64,000 nucleotides of DNA, taken from an uncultured Chloroflexia bacterium (GTDB taxonomy: Bacteria; Chloroflexota; Limnocylindria; QHBO01). This document shows positions 56,755 to 64,000 of this stretch, one piece after another. Position 1 is the first letter of the stretch. Every line of letters starts with the position of its first letter. The stretch is taken from assembly GCA_963814375.1 (NCBI GenBank), contig CAWFCQ010000007.1:128001-192000 (forward strand), in the 5' to 3' direction. Both the position numbers and the translations under genes were made by a program. The notes under the pieces were generated by a model that saw nothing but the letters and a program-made list of their open reading frames with translations, was not told the origin of the DNA and did not search any database.

Positions 56755-57426
56755 TCAGCAGTCGACGTCGAATCCGCCCTGCGGATGCTGGATGACCTGG
56801 CAGAAGTAGCGGATCTGCTCGAGGGTGGCGTCGGTCGTGGGCGAGAGCTCGACTTCGGCGCCCGCGATGGTGACCGATCCCGAAGCCGTCGCCCCGGCGC
56901 TCAGGCCATGAGAGAAGGTGTGAACTCGGGCGCCGCGCTTCTCGCCCACGGGGAACCATTCATTGCTCGAGATCTTCGAGCGCTCGAAGCCGCCGATGGC
57001 TGCCCATTCCAGCTGGAGCCCGATCACGACCGGGTTGCCATCGCCATCTGTGCCGTTCAGCTGAACGTCGATCGACGCCGTGTCGAACCGCGGGCTCGTG
57101 ACCAGCTTGTCGAGCGATTGGGCATCGGCGCTGAACACCACCGGGAAGCGCGGACCGGGGCCGTCGCATATGTCGAGCTCGCGGTAGAAGACGCCGACCA
57201 GGCCCTGCTTGTTGACCGGGCCGCGCCGGCTGCCGAACTTGGCATCCATGGCGCTGACGAAGACTTCGACCTGGCGGCAGCCGTCGACCTGGACGAATGT
57301 CGCGCCGGCGTGGCGCGAGCGGATGACCCGAGCGTAGTCCTCGACCCTGGCGCCGACCGGAGCCGCGGCCGCCAGGAGGATGCCGATTGCTACGAGAGCA
57401 GGGAGGAGCGGGTGAAGGCGGCGCAT
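56755..57426 (-). CDS. Secreted hypothetical beta-rich protein
   Basis: Signal peptide; four Cys including the terminal residue. Confidence 0.7.
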   Translation of the reverse strand: MRRLHPLLPALVAIGILLAAAAPVGARVEDYARVIRSRHAGATFVQVDGCRQVEVFVSAMDAKFGSRRGPVNKQGLVGVFYRELDICDGPGPRFPVVFSADAQSLDKLVTSPRFDTASIDVQLNGTDGDGNPVVIGLQLEWAAIGGFERSKISSNEWFPVGEKRGARVHTFSHGLSAGATASGSVTIAGAEVELSPTTDATLEQIRYFCQVIQHPQGGFDVDC

Positions 57427-57479
57427 GGTGCGATCCTCGATACCACCGCGCCGGAGGATCGGCGTCGGGCTGGCCCTGG

Positions 57480-57505
57480 GACGCGCGCCACCCGGACGGC
57501 GTTAC
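57480..57505 (-). promoter_or_regulatory. ECF-sigma-like promoter
   Basis: GTAAC-N17-CGTC about 55 nt upstream of ATG 57426. Confidence 0.4.
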
Positions 57506-57510
57506 GGCGC

Positions 57511-57780
57511 CTAGGCTGCAGCTCCGCTCGAACGCCCCGCCCACCAGCGCCACAGCGCCGTCACGATCACCGCGCCGATCAGTGAGCCGATGATCCCGCT
57601 GGCGCGCAGCTCGAGGCCGTCTCCCGCGAGCAGGCTGAACAGCAGCCCGCCGACGAACGAGCCGACGAGCCCCGAGACCAGGGCGATGCCCCAGTCGATC
57701 TGACCGCCCCTGCGCCCGAGAATGAGCTGGGCCCCCGCCCCGATGAGCATGCCGAACAGAATCAGGCCGATGATGAGCAT
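57511..57780 (-). CDS. GlsB/YeaQ/YmgE (transglycosylase-associated) membrane protein
   Basis: GLVGSFVGG, IGSLIGAVI; TATACT 7 nt before the ATG. Confidence 0.85.
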   Translation of the reverse strand: MLIIGLILFGMLIGAGAQLILGRRGGQIDWGIALVSGLVGSFVGGLLFSLLAGDGLELRASGIIGSLIGAVIVTALWRWWAGRSSGAAA

Positions 57781-57806
57781 GGGCGCGAGTATAGGGACCG
57801 GGAGAG

Positions 57807-58931
57807 TCAGCGCGCCGCGGCCAGCACCGAGCGTCGCTCCCGGCCGAGGGCGGTTGATCGGTCGTAGAGGACGACGATCAGGCTGAGCACCCCGATCAGG
57901 AAGAGGAACTCCACCAGCGGCAGAGCCTGGGCGGCCGGCAGCAGCAGACCGATCCCGATCCCGATCGCGGCGTTCACGGCCGTCATCGCCACGAACTCGA
58001 CGCCCAGCGAGGTCCAGCTCACGCCGCGGCCGGCCAACCAGTGGCTGACGAGGGTGCTGGCGCCGATGATGAGCAGCACCGCGATGGCGACCTGGAGCGG
58101 GCTGCCCTCGATGCCGGGCAGCATCCGGCTGAAGATGAAGACCATCAGGCTGAGGAGCACCACCTTCTCGACGAAGGTGCGATCGAATGCGGCGGATGGG
58201 GCGGCCGCGGCCGGTCGCGGCGGCCATCCGAGATGCTCGGACTGCCGATCGGCCGAGAAGGTCGCGGGCCAGTCGGCCGGAGGCAGGAATCGGGTCGCCC
58301 ACCGCGCGAGCAGCACCGCGGCGACGAGCGCGACGACGATGGCGACCGCGACGAGCGGGCGATTGGCGATGGCATCGGTCCAGGAGCTGGTGGGGGCGAC
58401 GCCGAAGATCGTCTCCTTCATGAAGTCGGTGAAGTCCAGCTGCGCGATGTGGATCCACCACTCCTGCGGAAGCTTGATGAAGATCCAGATGAAGGCGGCG
58501 ACGCCGATGACCGCCCCCACGGCGAGCCGAAGGTGGCTGCGCGAGATCTTGAAGGCCTCGATGGCGTCGAAGAAGTACTCGAACGTGTTCGGGAAGACGA
58601 AGAGAATCCACCGCGCCCCGGTGCTCTCGAACAGCGCGACGCCGATGAGGCGGTAGTACCAGAGAAACCGCCCGACGACGAAGGCGGGGCCCTGCACCCA
58701 GTTCGCGATGGTCGAGACGTAGGCGATGGCGAGGTAGTAGATGTCGAGCGCCTTGTCGTAGGTCTGGTATCCGGCGAGGTCGGATTCGAGGGTGAGCGAG
58801 AAGACCGTCTGGTCGATCCCGTCGAGCACCATGGCGACAAGGATGGCCGGCAGCGGATAGGCCGGGATGAAGAGCGGAACGATGAGCCGCGCCGCCACGA
58901 CGGCGACCGGGATGATCAGCGCCAGCTCCAC
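57807..58931 (-). CDS. Uncharacterised polytopic membrane protein
   Basis: Many TMs; LDGIDQ..YQTYDKALDIYYL, FPNTFEYFF, KLPQEWWIH. Confidence 0.75.
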   Translation of the reverse strand: MELALIIPVAVVAARLIVPLFIPAYPLPAILVAMVLDGIDQTVFSLTLESDLAGYQTYDKALDIYYLAIAYVSTIANWVQGPAFVVGRFLWYYRLIGVALFESTGARWILFVFPNTFEYFFDAIEAFKISRSHLRLAVGAVIGVAAFIWIFIKLPQEWWIHIAQLDFTDFMKETIFGVAPTSSWTDAIANRPLVAVAIVVALVAAVLLARWATRFLPPADWPATFSADRQSEHLGWPPRPAAAAPSAAFDRTFVEKVVLLSLMVFIFSRMLPGIEGSPLQVAIAVLLIIGASTLVSHWLAGRGVSWTSLGVEFVAMTAVNAAIGIGIGLLLPAAQALPLVEFLFLIGVLSLIVVLYDRSTALGRERRSVLAAAR

Positions 58932-58941
58932 GACCGGTCGC

Positions 58942-60111
58942 TCAGGCCGGCTTGGCGCTCGCCACGCGAGAAAGGCGGCTCGCGGCCTCGGCCAGCGTCT
59001 CGGCGCGCTTGGGGAAGGCGAAGCGGATCTTGGTCCTGCCGAGCTCCGGGCGGGAGTAGAACGATGAGCCCGGGACGGTCGCGACGCCGGGATCGGCGGT
59101 GAGGCGCCGCGCGAAGGTCACGTCGTCGTCGGTGGTGAGGTCGGTGATATCGGTCATGACGTAGTACGCACCGTCGGGCGTGAAGGAGCGCAGTCCCGTC
59201 GCGCTCAGCGCGCCGAGGATCGTGTCACGCCGCTCGCGGTAGGCCGTGGCGAGCCGCTCGTAATAGGCATGCGGCATGTTCATGGCGACGGTCCCGGCTG
59301 CCTGGAGGGGTGCAGCCGCGCCGACGGTGAGGAAGTCGTGGACCTTGCGGATGCCGTTGGTGAGGCGAGCCGGTGCGATGACCCACCCGACCCGCCAGCC
59401 GGTCACCGAGTACGTCTTCGACAGCGAGTTCACCGCCACCGTGCGCTCGGCCATCCCCGGCAGGGTTGCGAGCGGGATGTGCTCCCCGGCAAAGACGATG
59501 TGCTCGTAGATGTCATCGGTGAAGGCGACGACGTCGTGCTCGCGGCACAAGGTGGCGATGAGCTCGAGCTCGGCCCGCGAGAAGACCTTGCCGGTCGGGT
59601 TGTGCGGGGTGTTGAGGACCAGGCCGCGCGTCCGAGGCCCGAACGCTGCCCGCAGCTCGGCCTCGTCGATCGACCAGTCCGGCTCGTGGAGCGTCACGTA
59701 GCGCGGGACGGCGCCCGAGAGGATGGCGTCCGGGCCGTAGTTCTCGTAGAACGGCTCGAACACGACGACCTCGTCCCCTGGATCGAGGACCGCCATCATC
59801 GCCGCGATCATCCCTTCCGTGGCGCCGCAGGTGACGGTGACATCGGTCTCCGGATCGACCGCCCAGCCCGGGTAGTGGCGAGTCGTCTTGGCGGCGATGG
59901 CCTCGCGGAAGTCGCGTGCGCCCCAGGTGATCGCGTACTGGTTGATGTCGGCGTCGATCGCCGCCTTGGCCGCCTCCTTCAGCTCGGGCGGGCATGCGAA
60001 GTCGGGGAAGCCCTGCGCCAGGTTCACCGCGTCGTGCGCCATCGCCAGCCGCGTCATCTCACGGATGACGGACTCGGTGAAGGACGCGGCCTTTCGGGAG
60101 ATCTCAGCCAT
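58942..60111 (-). CDS. Class I/II PLP aminotransferase (YbdL/DapC-like)
   Basis: NLAQGFPDF, NTPHNPTG, DDIYE, SLSKTYSVTGWRVG. Confidence 0.92.
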   Translation of the reverse strand: MAEISRKAASFTESVIREMTRLAMAHDAVNLAQGFPDFACPPELKEAAKAAIDADINQYAITWGARDFREAIAAKTTRHYPGWAVDPETDVTVTCGATEGMIAAMMAVLDPGDEVVVFEPFYENYGPDAILSGAVPRYVTLHEPDWSIDEAELRAAFGPRTRGLVLNTPHNPTGKVFSRAELELIATLCREHDVVAFTDDIYEHIVFAGEHIPLATLPGMAERTVAVNSLSKTYSVTGWRVGWVIAPARLTNGIRKVHDFLTVGAAAPLQAAGTVAMNMPHAYYERLATAYRERRDTILGALSATGLRSFTPDGAYYVMTDITDLTTDDDVTFARRLTADPGVATVPGSSFYSRPELGRTKIRFAFPKRAETLAEAASRLSRVASAKPA

Positions 60112-60145
60112 CGGTTCATTGTCGCCGACCGACGCTGCGCGCGGC

Positions 60146-60523
60146 CTACCCGGAGGTGATCAGGACGACGTTGCCGTCGGGATCGTCGACCATCGCGGCG
60201 TAGGGACCGGAGGTCCTCGCCGGCGCCATGCGCCCGTGATAGCCGAGCTCCGTCATCTCGGCGTACTTCGCGTCGACGGCGGCGTCATCGGCCAGGAAGA
60301 ACTCGAGCATGACCTGGTAGCCGCCGCTGGGCCATGTGCGCGTTGGGTCGTGCTGGTCCGCCCAGAAGGTGTCCCAGAAGATCGTGACGCCGCTCTCCAT
60401 CCGTACCTGGACGAAGCGCTTCTCGTCGGCGTCGGCTGGGATGTCCATCCCAAGCCGGCGATAGAACGCCAGCGAGGTCGCCATCTCGCGCACCATCAGA
60501 CCGACCATGCTCAGCTGCACCAT
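60146..60523 (-). CDS. VOC/glyoxalase family protein
   Basis: SLAFYRRLG, AMVDDPDGNVV. Confidence 0.85.
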   Translation of the reverse strand: MVQLSMVGLMVREMATSLAFYRRLGMDIPADADEKRFVQVRMESGVTIFWDTFWADQHDPTRTWPSGGYQVMLEFFLADDAAVDAKYAEMTELGYHGRMAPARTSGPYAAMVDDPDGNVVLITSG

Positions 60524-60588
60524 CGATTCACTCTAGCCAGCGACGCCGTCGGTCGACGGAAGGCAGCGCCAGCCGGTAGGCTGGGACC

Positions 60589-61638
60589 ATGCGACTCGGC
60601 CGCGGAGCGCGACGGGTATTGATGGTCGTCTTGGCGTTGCTGGTGTCGGTCTCGCCGATTCGGGCCGAGCCGGCCGCCGGGGCGACGGTCCTGCTGCCCA
60701 ACCTGCGCATGGTCCACATCAACCAGTACGACCCTCTGGTGATCCAGGTCGTGAACGGCAGGCGGCTGCTGCGGTTCACGACGATCATGGTCAACCTGGG
60801 GCAGGGACCGTTCGAGGTGCGTGGTCATCGAGCGAGCTCGTCGGTCCCGACGATGACTGCCACGCAGGTGCTCTACAACGACATCGGCAGCTCGAACGCC
60901 TATCCGGTGGGCGCCAAGATGCAGTGGTCCGGCGACGGCCACAACCATTGGCACGTGCTGGGAGCGATGTCGTACGAGCTTTACAACGCCAGCGGACCGA
61001 TCACCGTCCGGCGCGGCGCGAAGCTCGGGTTCTGCATGCTCGACTCGACGCCGTACAGCCTGGGACTGCCGCGAGCGCCGCAGGCACCGGTGTACCGCGG
61101 AGGAGGCTGCGGCAGCCAGACCGCGACGAGCCTGCGAACGGGCGTCTCCGTCGGCTGGGGCGACGAGTACCCGTGGAACTTCGCCTACCAGTGGATCGAT
61201 ATCACCGGCGTCGCGGCGGGCACGTACGTCCTGCGGGCCACGGCTGACCAGCAGAGCTTCTACTACGAGACGAACAACCTGGACAACTGCGTCTGGGCCC
61301 GCATCACGATCAACGCGTCCGGCTCGAGCGTTCCCGTCCAGGCCAGAGGTTCGAACTGCGGTCCGTCGTCGGTGACGTCGGTCTCGACCTTCCCCGGAGC
61401 GTTCACGTGGAGCTCGCCCCGCCGACTCGCGTTCGAGGCGGGCTCGTATGTCGGCTATCGCTTCAACTCGATCGGGACGGTGCTGCGGACAAAGACGATC
61501 ACGCTGTCTGCGGCGTCGGGGGCGAGCACGAGGGCGCGCGCCATCCCGATCGGGCAACCCACGAACTGGTTCTACATGGTCGACGGAGCGCTCGCCGGTT
61601 ATTGGGTCAAGGACACCGGCCGCATCGACATGCCCTGA
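60589..61638 (+). CDS. Secreted lysyl oxidase-family protein with extra C-terminal domain
   Basis: Signal peptide; LLRF, HNHWH, KLGFCMLD, GWGDEY, QWIDITG. Confidence 0.85.
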   Translation: MRLGRGARRVLMVVLALLVSVSPIRAEPAAGATVLLPNLRMVHINQYDPLVIQVVNGRRLLRFTTIMVNLGQGPFEVRGHRASSSVPTMTATQVLYNDIGSSNAYPVGAKMQWSGDGHNHWHVLGAMSYELYNASGPITVRRGAKLGFCMLDSTPYSLGLPRAPQAPVYRGGGCGSQTATSLRTGVSVGWGDEYPWNFAYQWIDITGVAAGTYVLRATADQQSFYYETNNLDNCVWARITINASGSSVPVQARGSNCGPSSVTSVSTFPGAFTWSSPRRLAFEAGSYVGYRFNSIGTVLRTKTITLSAASGASTRARAIPIGQPTNWFYMVDGALAGYWVKDTGRIDMP

Positions 61639-61641
61639 AAG

Positions 61642-61716
61642 TGGCTGGGGAGGAAGGATTCGAACCTTCGGTCTCCTGATCCAGAGTCAGGCGCCTTACC
61701 GCTTGGCCACTCCCCA
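61642..61716 (-). tRNA. tRNA-Gln (anticodon CTG)
   Basis: TGGGGAGTGGCCAAGCGGTAAGGCG-CCTGA-CTCTGGA-TCAGG..GTTCGAATC..CTCCCCAGCCA; encoded CCA; TACAAT upstream. Confidence 0.97.
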
Positions 61717-61914
61717 ACGCGCGCTCGACGAGCCGACGCTCGGAGCCGATCGATTGTAGCCGAGACCTCCCGCTCATGCCCCCAGAGCTCCCTGATTCCG
61801 GGCGCCCGCGCCACGGCCGTCAGAGGTCCGGGACACCCGGACAATGGGATTTGACAGCGGGAGTAGAACGGTATTGCCAGATCACGTGCCGGACCACCGA
61901 GAAGGAGGCCGTCT

Positions 61915-63006
61915 ATGGCAATCGATTCCAGCAAGGTCCCGACGGAGTTCCGTCGCCGGGCCGCCCAGCACCTCGAATCCCTGAAGGGGACGCCGATGGC
62001 GCCGTTTGGCGACGGGGCCGTCATCGGCAACGAGGTCTGGCCCATCTATCGCCCGGACCTCGACGAGCCGGCCTATTACGAGTTCTCGGTCGAGCTCGCC
62101 TCCAGCCACGTGCGGCTGGCCACCTCCGCTGCCAGCCTCGCGACGTTGCTCCAGCAGAGGGAGGGCAGCCGCGTGCGCGTAAAGAAGCCCGCTGCCAGAG
62201 CTGAACCTATCCGCGAGAGGCCGAGCGTGAGCGGGCGAGGGTTCATCGTCGTCGCGGCCGGTCCGCACGACTTCCCGATCCCGCACTGGAGCCTGGACCG
62301 ACCACCTATCAGCGCGCAGCTGGCCGCCGATGCCGAGGGCGGCGCGATCGAGCGGATCGTCAAGATCGACAGCCTGGCGTACGTCGGCGAGTCGAAGGAC
62401 GGGTCCTTGGTGGCCCGCGTCGGTCAGCTGCCCGCGCTACTGGCAGGGCTGCCGCACGATCTGAGCCGCGCCGACCGGGGCGTTTCGACGCTCGTCGCCG
62501 AGCCCGCGGTCTCCATCGCGAGCGACGATGCCGCCGAGGGGATCGAGCACAGCGCCAAGCGCGACGGCCCGCGACCAGCAAAGCTCGAGGCGGTCGGCGT
62601 CGACGACTGGGCGGGATTCCGGGAACGCTACCCCGACTCGTTCGGCCCGTTCTTGGATGACCTGCGTCGCCAGGCGGCCAGTGCGTGGGACGTCGAGGCG
62701 CTCATCGAGGAATTCGGCGAGGGGATCCGCGTCGGGCAGCCGCATCGCGTCGCCCTCCTCCAGGCCGACGCGGTCGTCGAGATCGGTGGACCGGCCGCAT
62801 CGCTGGTCAGGGCGAGCATCGATGAGCAGGGAGGGGCCGCCGCGCTGATCATCGAGGCGCCCGAAGGCACAGTGATCGAACAGGAGGCCGACCTCGACGT
62901 CGTCGTCCGCTACCCCGACGGCCTGACCGAGCGCCTCCGCTTCTTCGTCATCAGCGACGGCACGCCGTCGAACCGGCGCAGCAAGCCGGCCGAAGGGAGG
63001 GAGTAG
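61915..63006 (+). CDS. Hypothetical protein, possible stand-alone pro-domain/inhibitor of the downstream peptidase
   Basis: AAGGAGG SD; AYYEF..RGFIVVAAG..PIPHWS recalls the streptopain propeptide/Spi pattern. Confidence 0.6.
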   Translation: MAIDSSKVPTEFRRRAAQHLESLKGTPMAPFGDGAVIGNEVWPIYRPDLDEPAYYEFSVELASSHVRLATSAASLATLLQQREGSRVRVKKPAARAEPIRERPSVSGRGFIVVAAGPHDFPIPHWSLDRPPISAQLAADAEGGAIERIVKIDSLAYVGESKDGSLVARVGQLPALLAGLPHDLSRADRGVSTLVAEPAVSIASDDAAEGIEHSAKRDGPRPAKLEAVGVDDWAGFRERYPDSFGPFLDDLRRQAASAWDVEALIEEFGEGIRVGQPHRVALLQADAVVEIGGPAASLVRASIDEQGGAAALIIEAPEGTVIEQEADLDVVVRYPDGLTERLRFFVISDGTPSNRRSKPAEGRE

Positions 63007-63008
63007 CC

Positions 63009-63653
63009 GTGGCCTATTCCTATTGGTGGGCACCCGGCGCCCAGCCGCTCTACAACCAGTACAGCTACGGGGGATGCCAGATCGGCTGCGGTCCGGTGGC
63101 GTGGACGATGCTCTTCGGATGGGCCGATCGCCAGGCAGGCACCGGCAATTCCTACTGGGCCCCGCGCAATGGCCTCTACCGCCAGAACGGGGGCTACGGC
63201 GCCGATGCGCTCGCCCCGATCAACCAGGACCAGGGCATCCGTAATGTCATCCAGGAGGTCCGCGGCTACGTCGGCACCTTCTGCATATCGGACTCCGGGG
63301 CGACGTGGCCGTGGGAGATGGCCGACGCCTGGCTCTACTTCAACGGCCGCACCGGTACCCAGCTCCGGGCGGGCTGGAACAGCCTCGGCATCCACCAGGA
63401 CTGGCTCCGCGATCGAGCGCGGGACAGCATCAAGTACCGCGGCACGCCGGCGGTCATCGGCACCGGCTGGCTGAGCCACTACCCGATGGCGTTCGGCTAC
63501 GCCTACCAGGAGCGGACGGTCCGTTACTGCTTCATCTGGTGCTGGACGGACACCGTCTACGACCGATGGTTCTACGTGAACCAGGGCTGGGGTGGTGCCG
63601 GCAACGAGTGGGTCTCCGCGAGTACCTGGTTCGCGGGCGAGATCTTCCCGTAG
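63009..63653 (+). CDS. Papain-like (C10/streptopain-like) cysteine peptidase catalytic domain
   Basis: YNQ..IGCGPVAW (Cys), SHYPMAFGY (His), FYVNQGWGG; GGAGG SD before GTG. Confidence 0.7.
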   Translation: MAYSYWWAPGAQPLYNQYSYGGCQIGCGPVAWTMLFGWADRQAGTGNSYWAPRNGLYRQNGGYGADALAPINQDQGIRNVIQEVRGYVGTFCISDSGATWPWEMADAWLYFNGRTGTQLRAGWNSLGIHQDWLRDRARDSIKYRGTPAVIGTGWLSHYPMAFGYAYQERTVRYCFIWCWTDTVYDRWFYVNQGWGGAGNEWVSASTWFAGEIFP

Positions 63654-63712
63654 CGCGAGCGACTGGAGGCTAAGGGCCGGCGTCGCTTGGGCTCGATCTA
63701 AGAGCGCGGTGG

Positions 63713-64000
63713 TTAGTCGCTGACCCTCGACACCGGCCGGGTCGCTCCCTCCCATAGCATCGTGAGCGCGGCACGCGCCGCCCCAGCTGGATCCGCGCTG
63801 GGCCTGGTCGGGTGCTCTGCCGAAAGACATTGGTTCAGCCATAGGCCCTCCCGCAGGCTGACGATGGCGCTGGCCACATCAAGCGGAGTCCAGGGAGGTC
63901 GAGGCTCCAGCTCGAATCGCGCAAGGGCAGGGCGGACGAGCTCACGTTCGATGCGTTCGGCGGAGTGCTGGAACTCGCGCATGCTGGGGGCTGCGATTCG
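63713..64000 (-). CDS. C-terminal part of a helical protein, possibly TetR-like (partial)
   Basis: Frame open to the window edge; ASAIVSLREGLWL..ALTMLWEGAT. Confidence 0.45.
   Translation of the reverse strand, partial: RIAAPSMREFQHSAERIERELVRPALARFELEPRPPWTPLDVASAIVSLREGLWLNQCLSAEHPTRPSADPAGAARAALTMLWEGATRPVSRVSD

Noticed and set aside
61642-61716. tRNA-Gln as an integration site of a mobile element
   Set aside because: No duplicated tRNA 3' end, integrase or phage genes seen in the window; sequence beyond 64000 cannot be assessed
61851-61880. Canonical sigma70 promoter from TTGACA at 61851
   Set aside because: No acceptable -10 hexamer at 16-18 nt spacing; left uncalled

Overview
Gene-dense, very GC-rich bacterial chromosome segment. 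Gene content and style suggest an environmental Chloroflexota or Actinomycetota-like organism, which is an inference. It holds about 65 genes: ion transporters, four ABC systems, split pntA/pntB transhydrogenase, a cyclase-STAND-TPR protein, a REC-TrxR-like/cNMP-kinase pair, sulfur, copper and molybdenum cofactor genes, udgX, a SRAP gene, a lysyl oxidase, tRNA-Gln(CTG) and a two-gene papain-like peptidase locus. No CRISPR array, IS element, prophage or rRNA was seen. The best novel-system candidate is at 36871-40064. There, a 4-TM His-rich membrane protein ends in the RAPP ribosome-arrest motif, and its PPLVP codons can base-pair with the Shine-Dalgarno of the downstream copper genes, suggesting a Cys-free metal-responsive translational attenuator. 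Other signals are pervasive leaderless promoters, sigma54-like -24/-12 motifs before small stress-type genes, a symmetric bidirectional promoter, a dispersed ~64-bp hairpin repeat and a riboswitch-like leader. Three single-base frameshifts are probably assembly errors. All calls come from motif reading by eye; no database searches were run.
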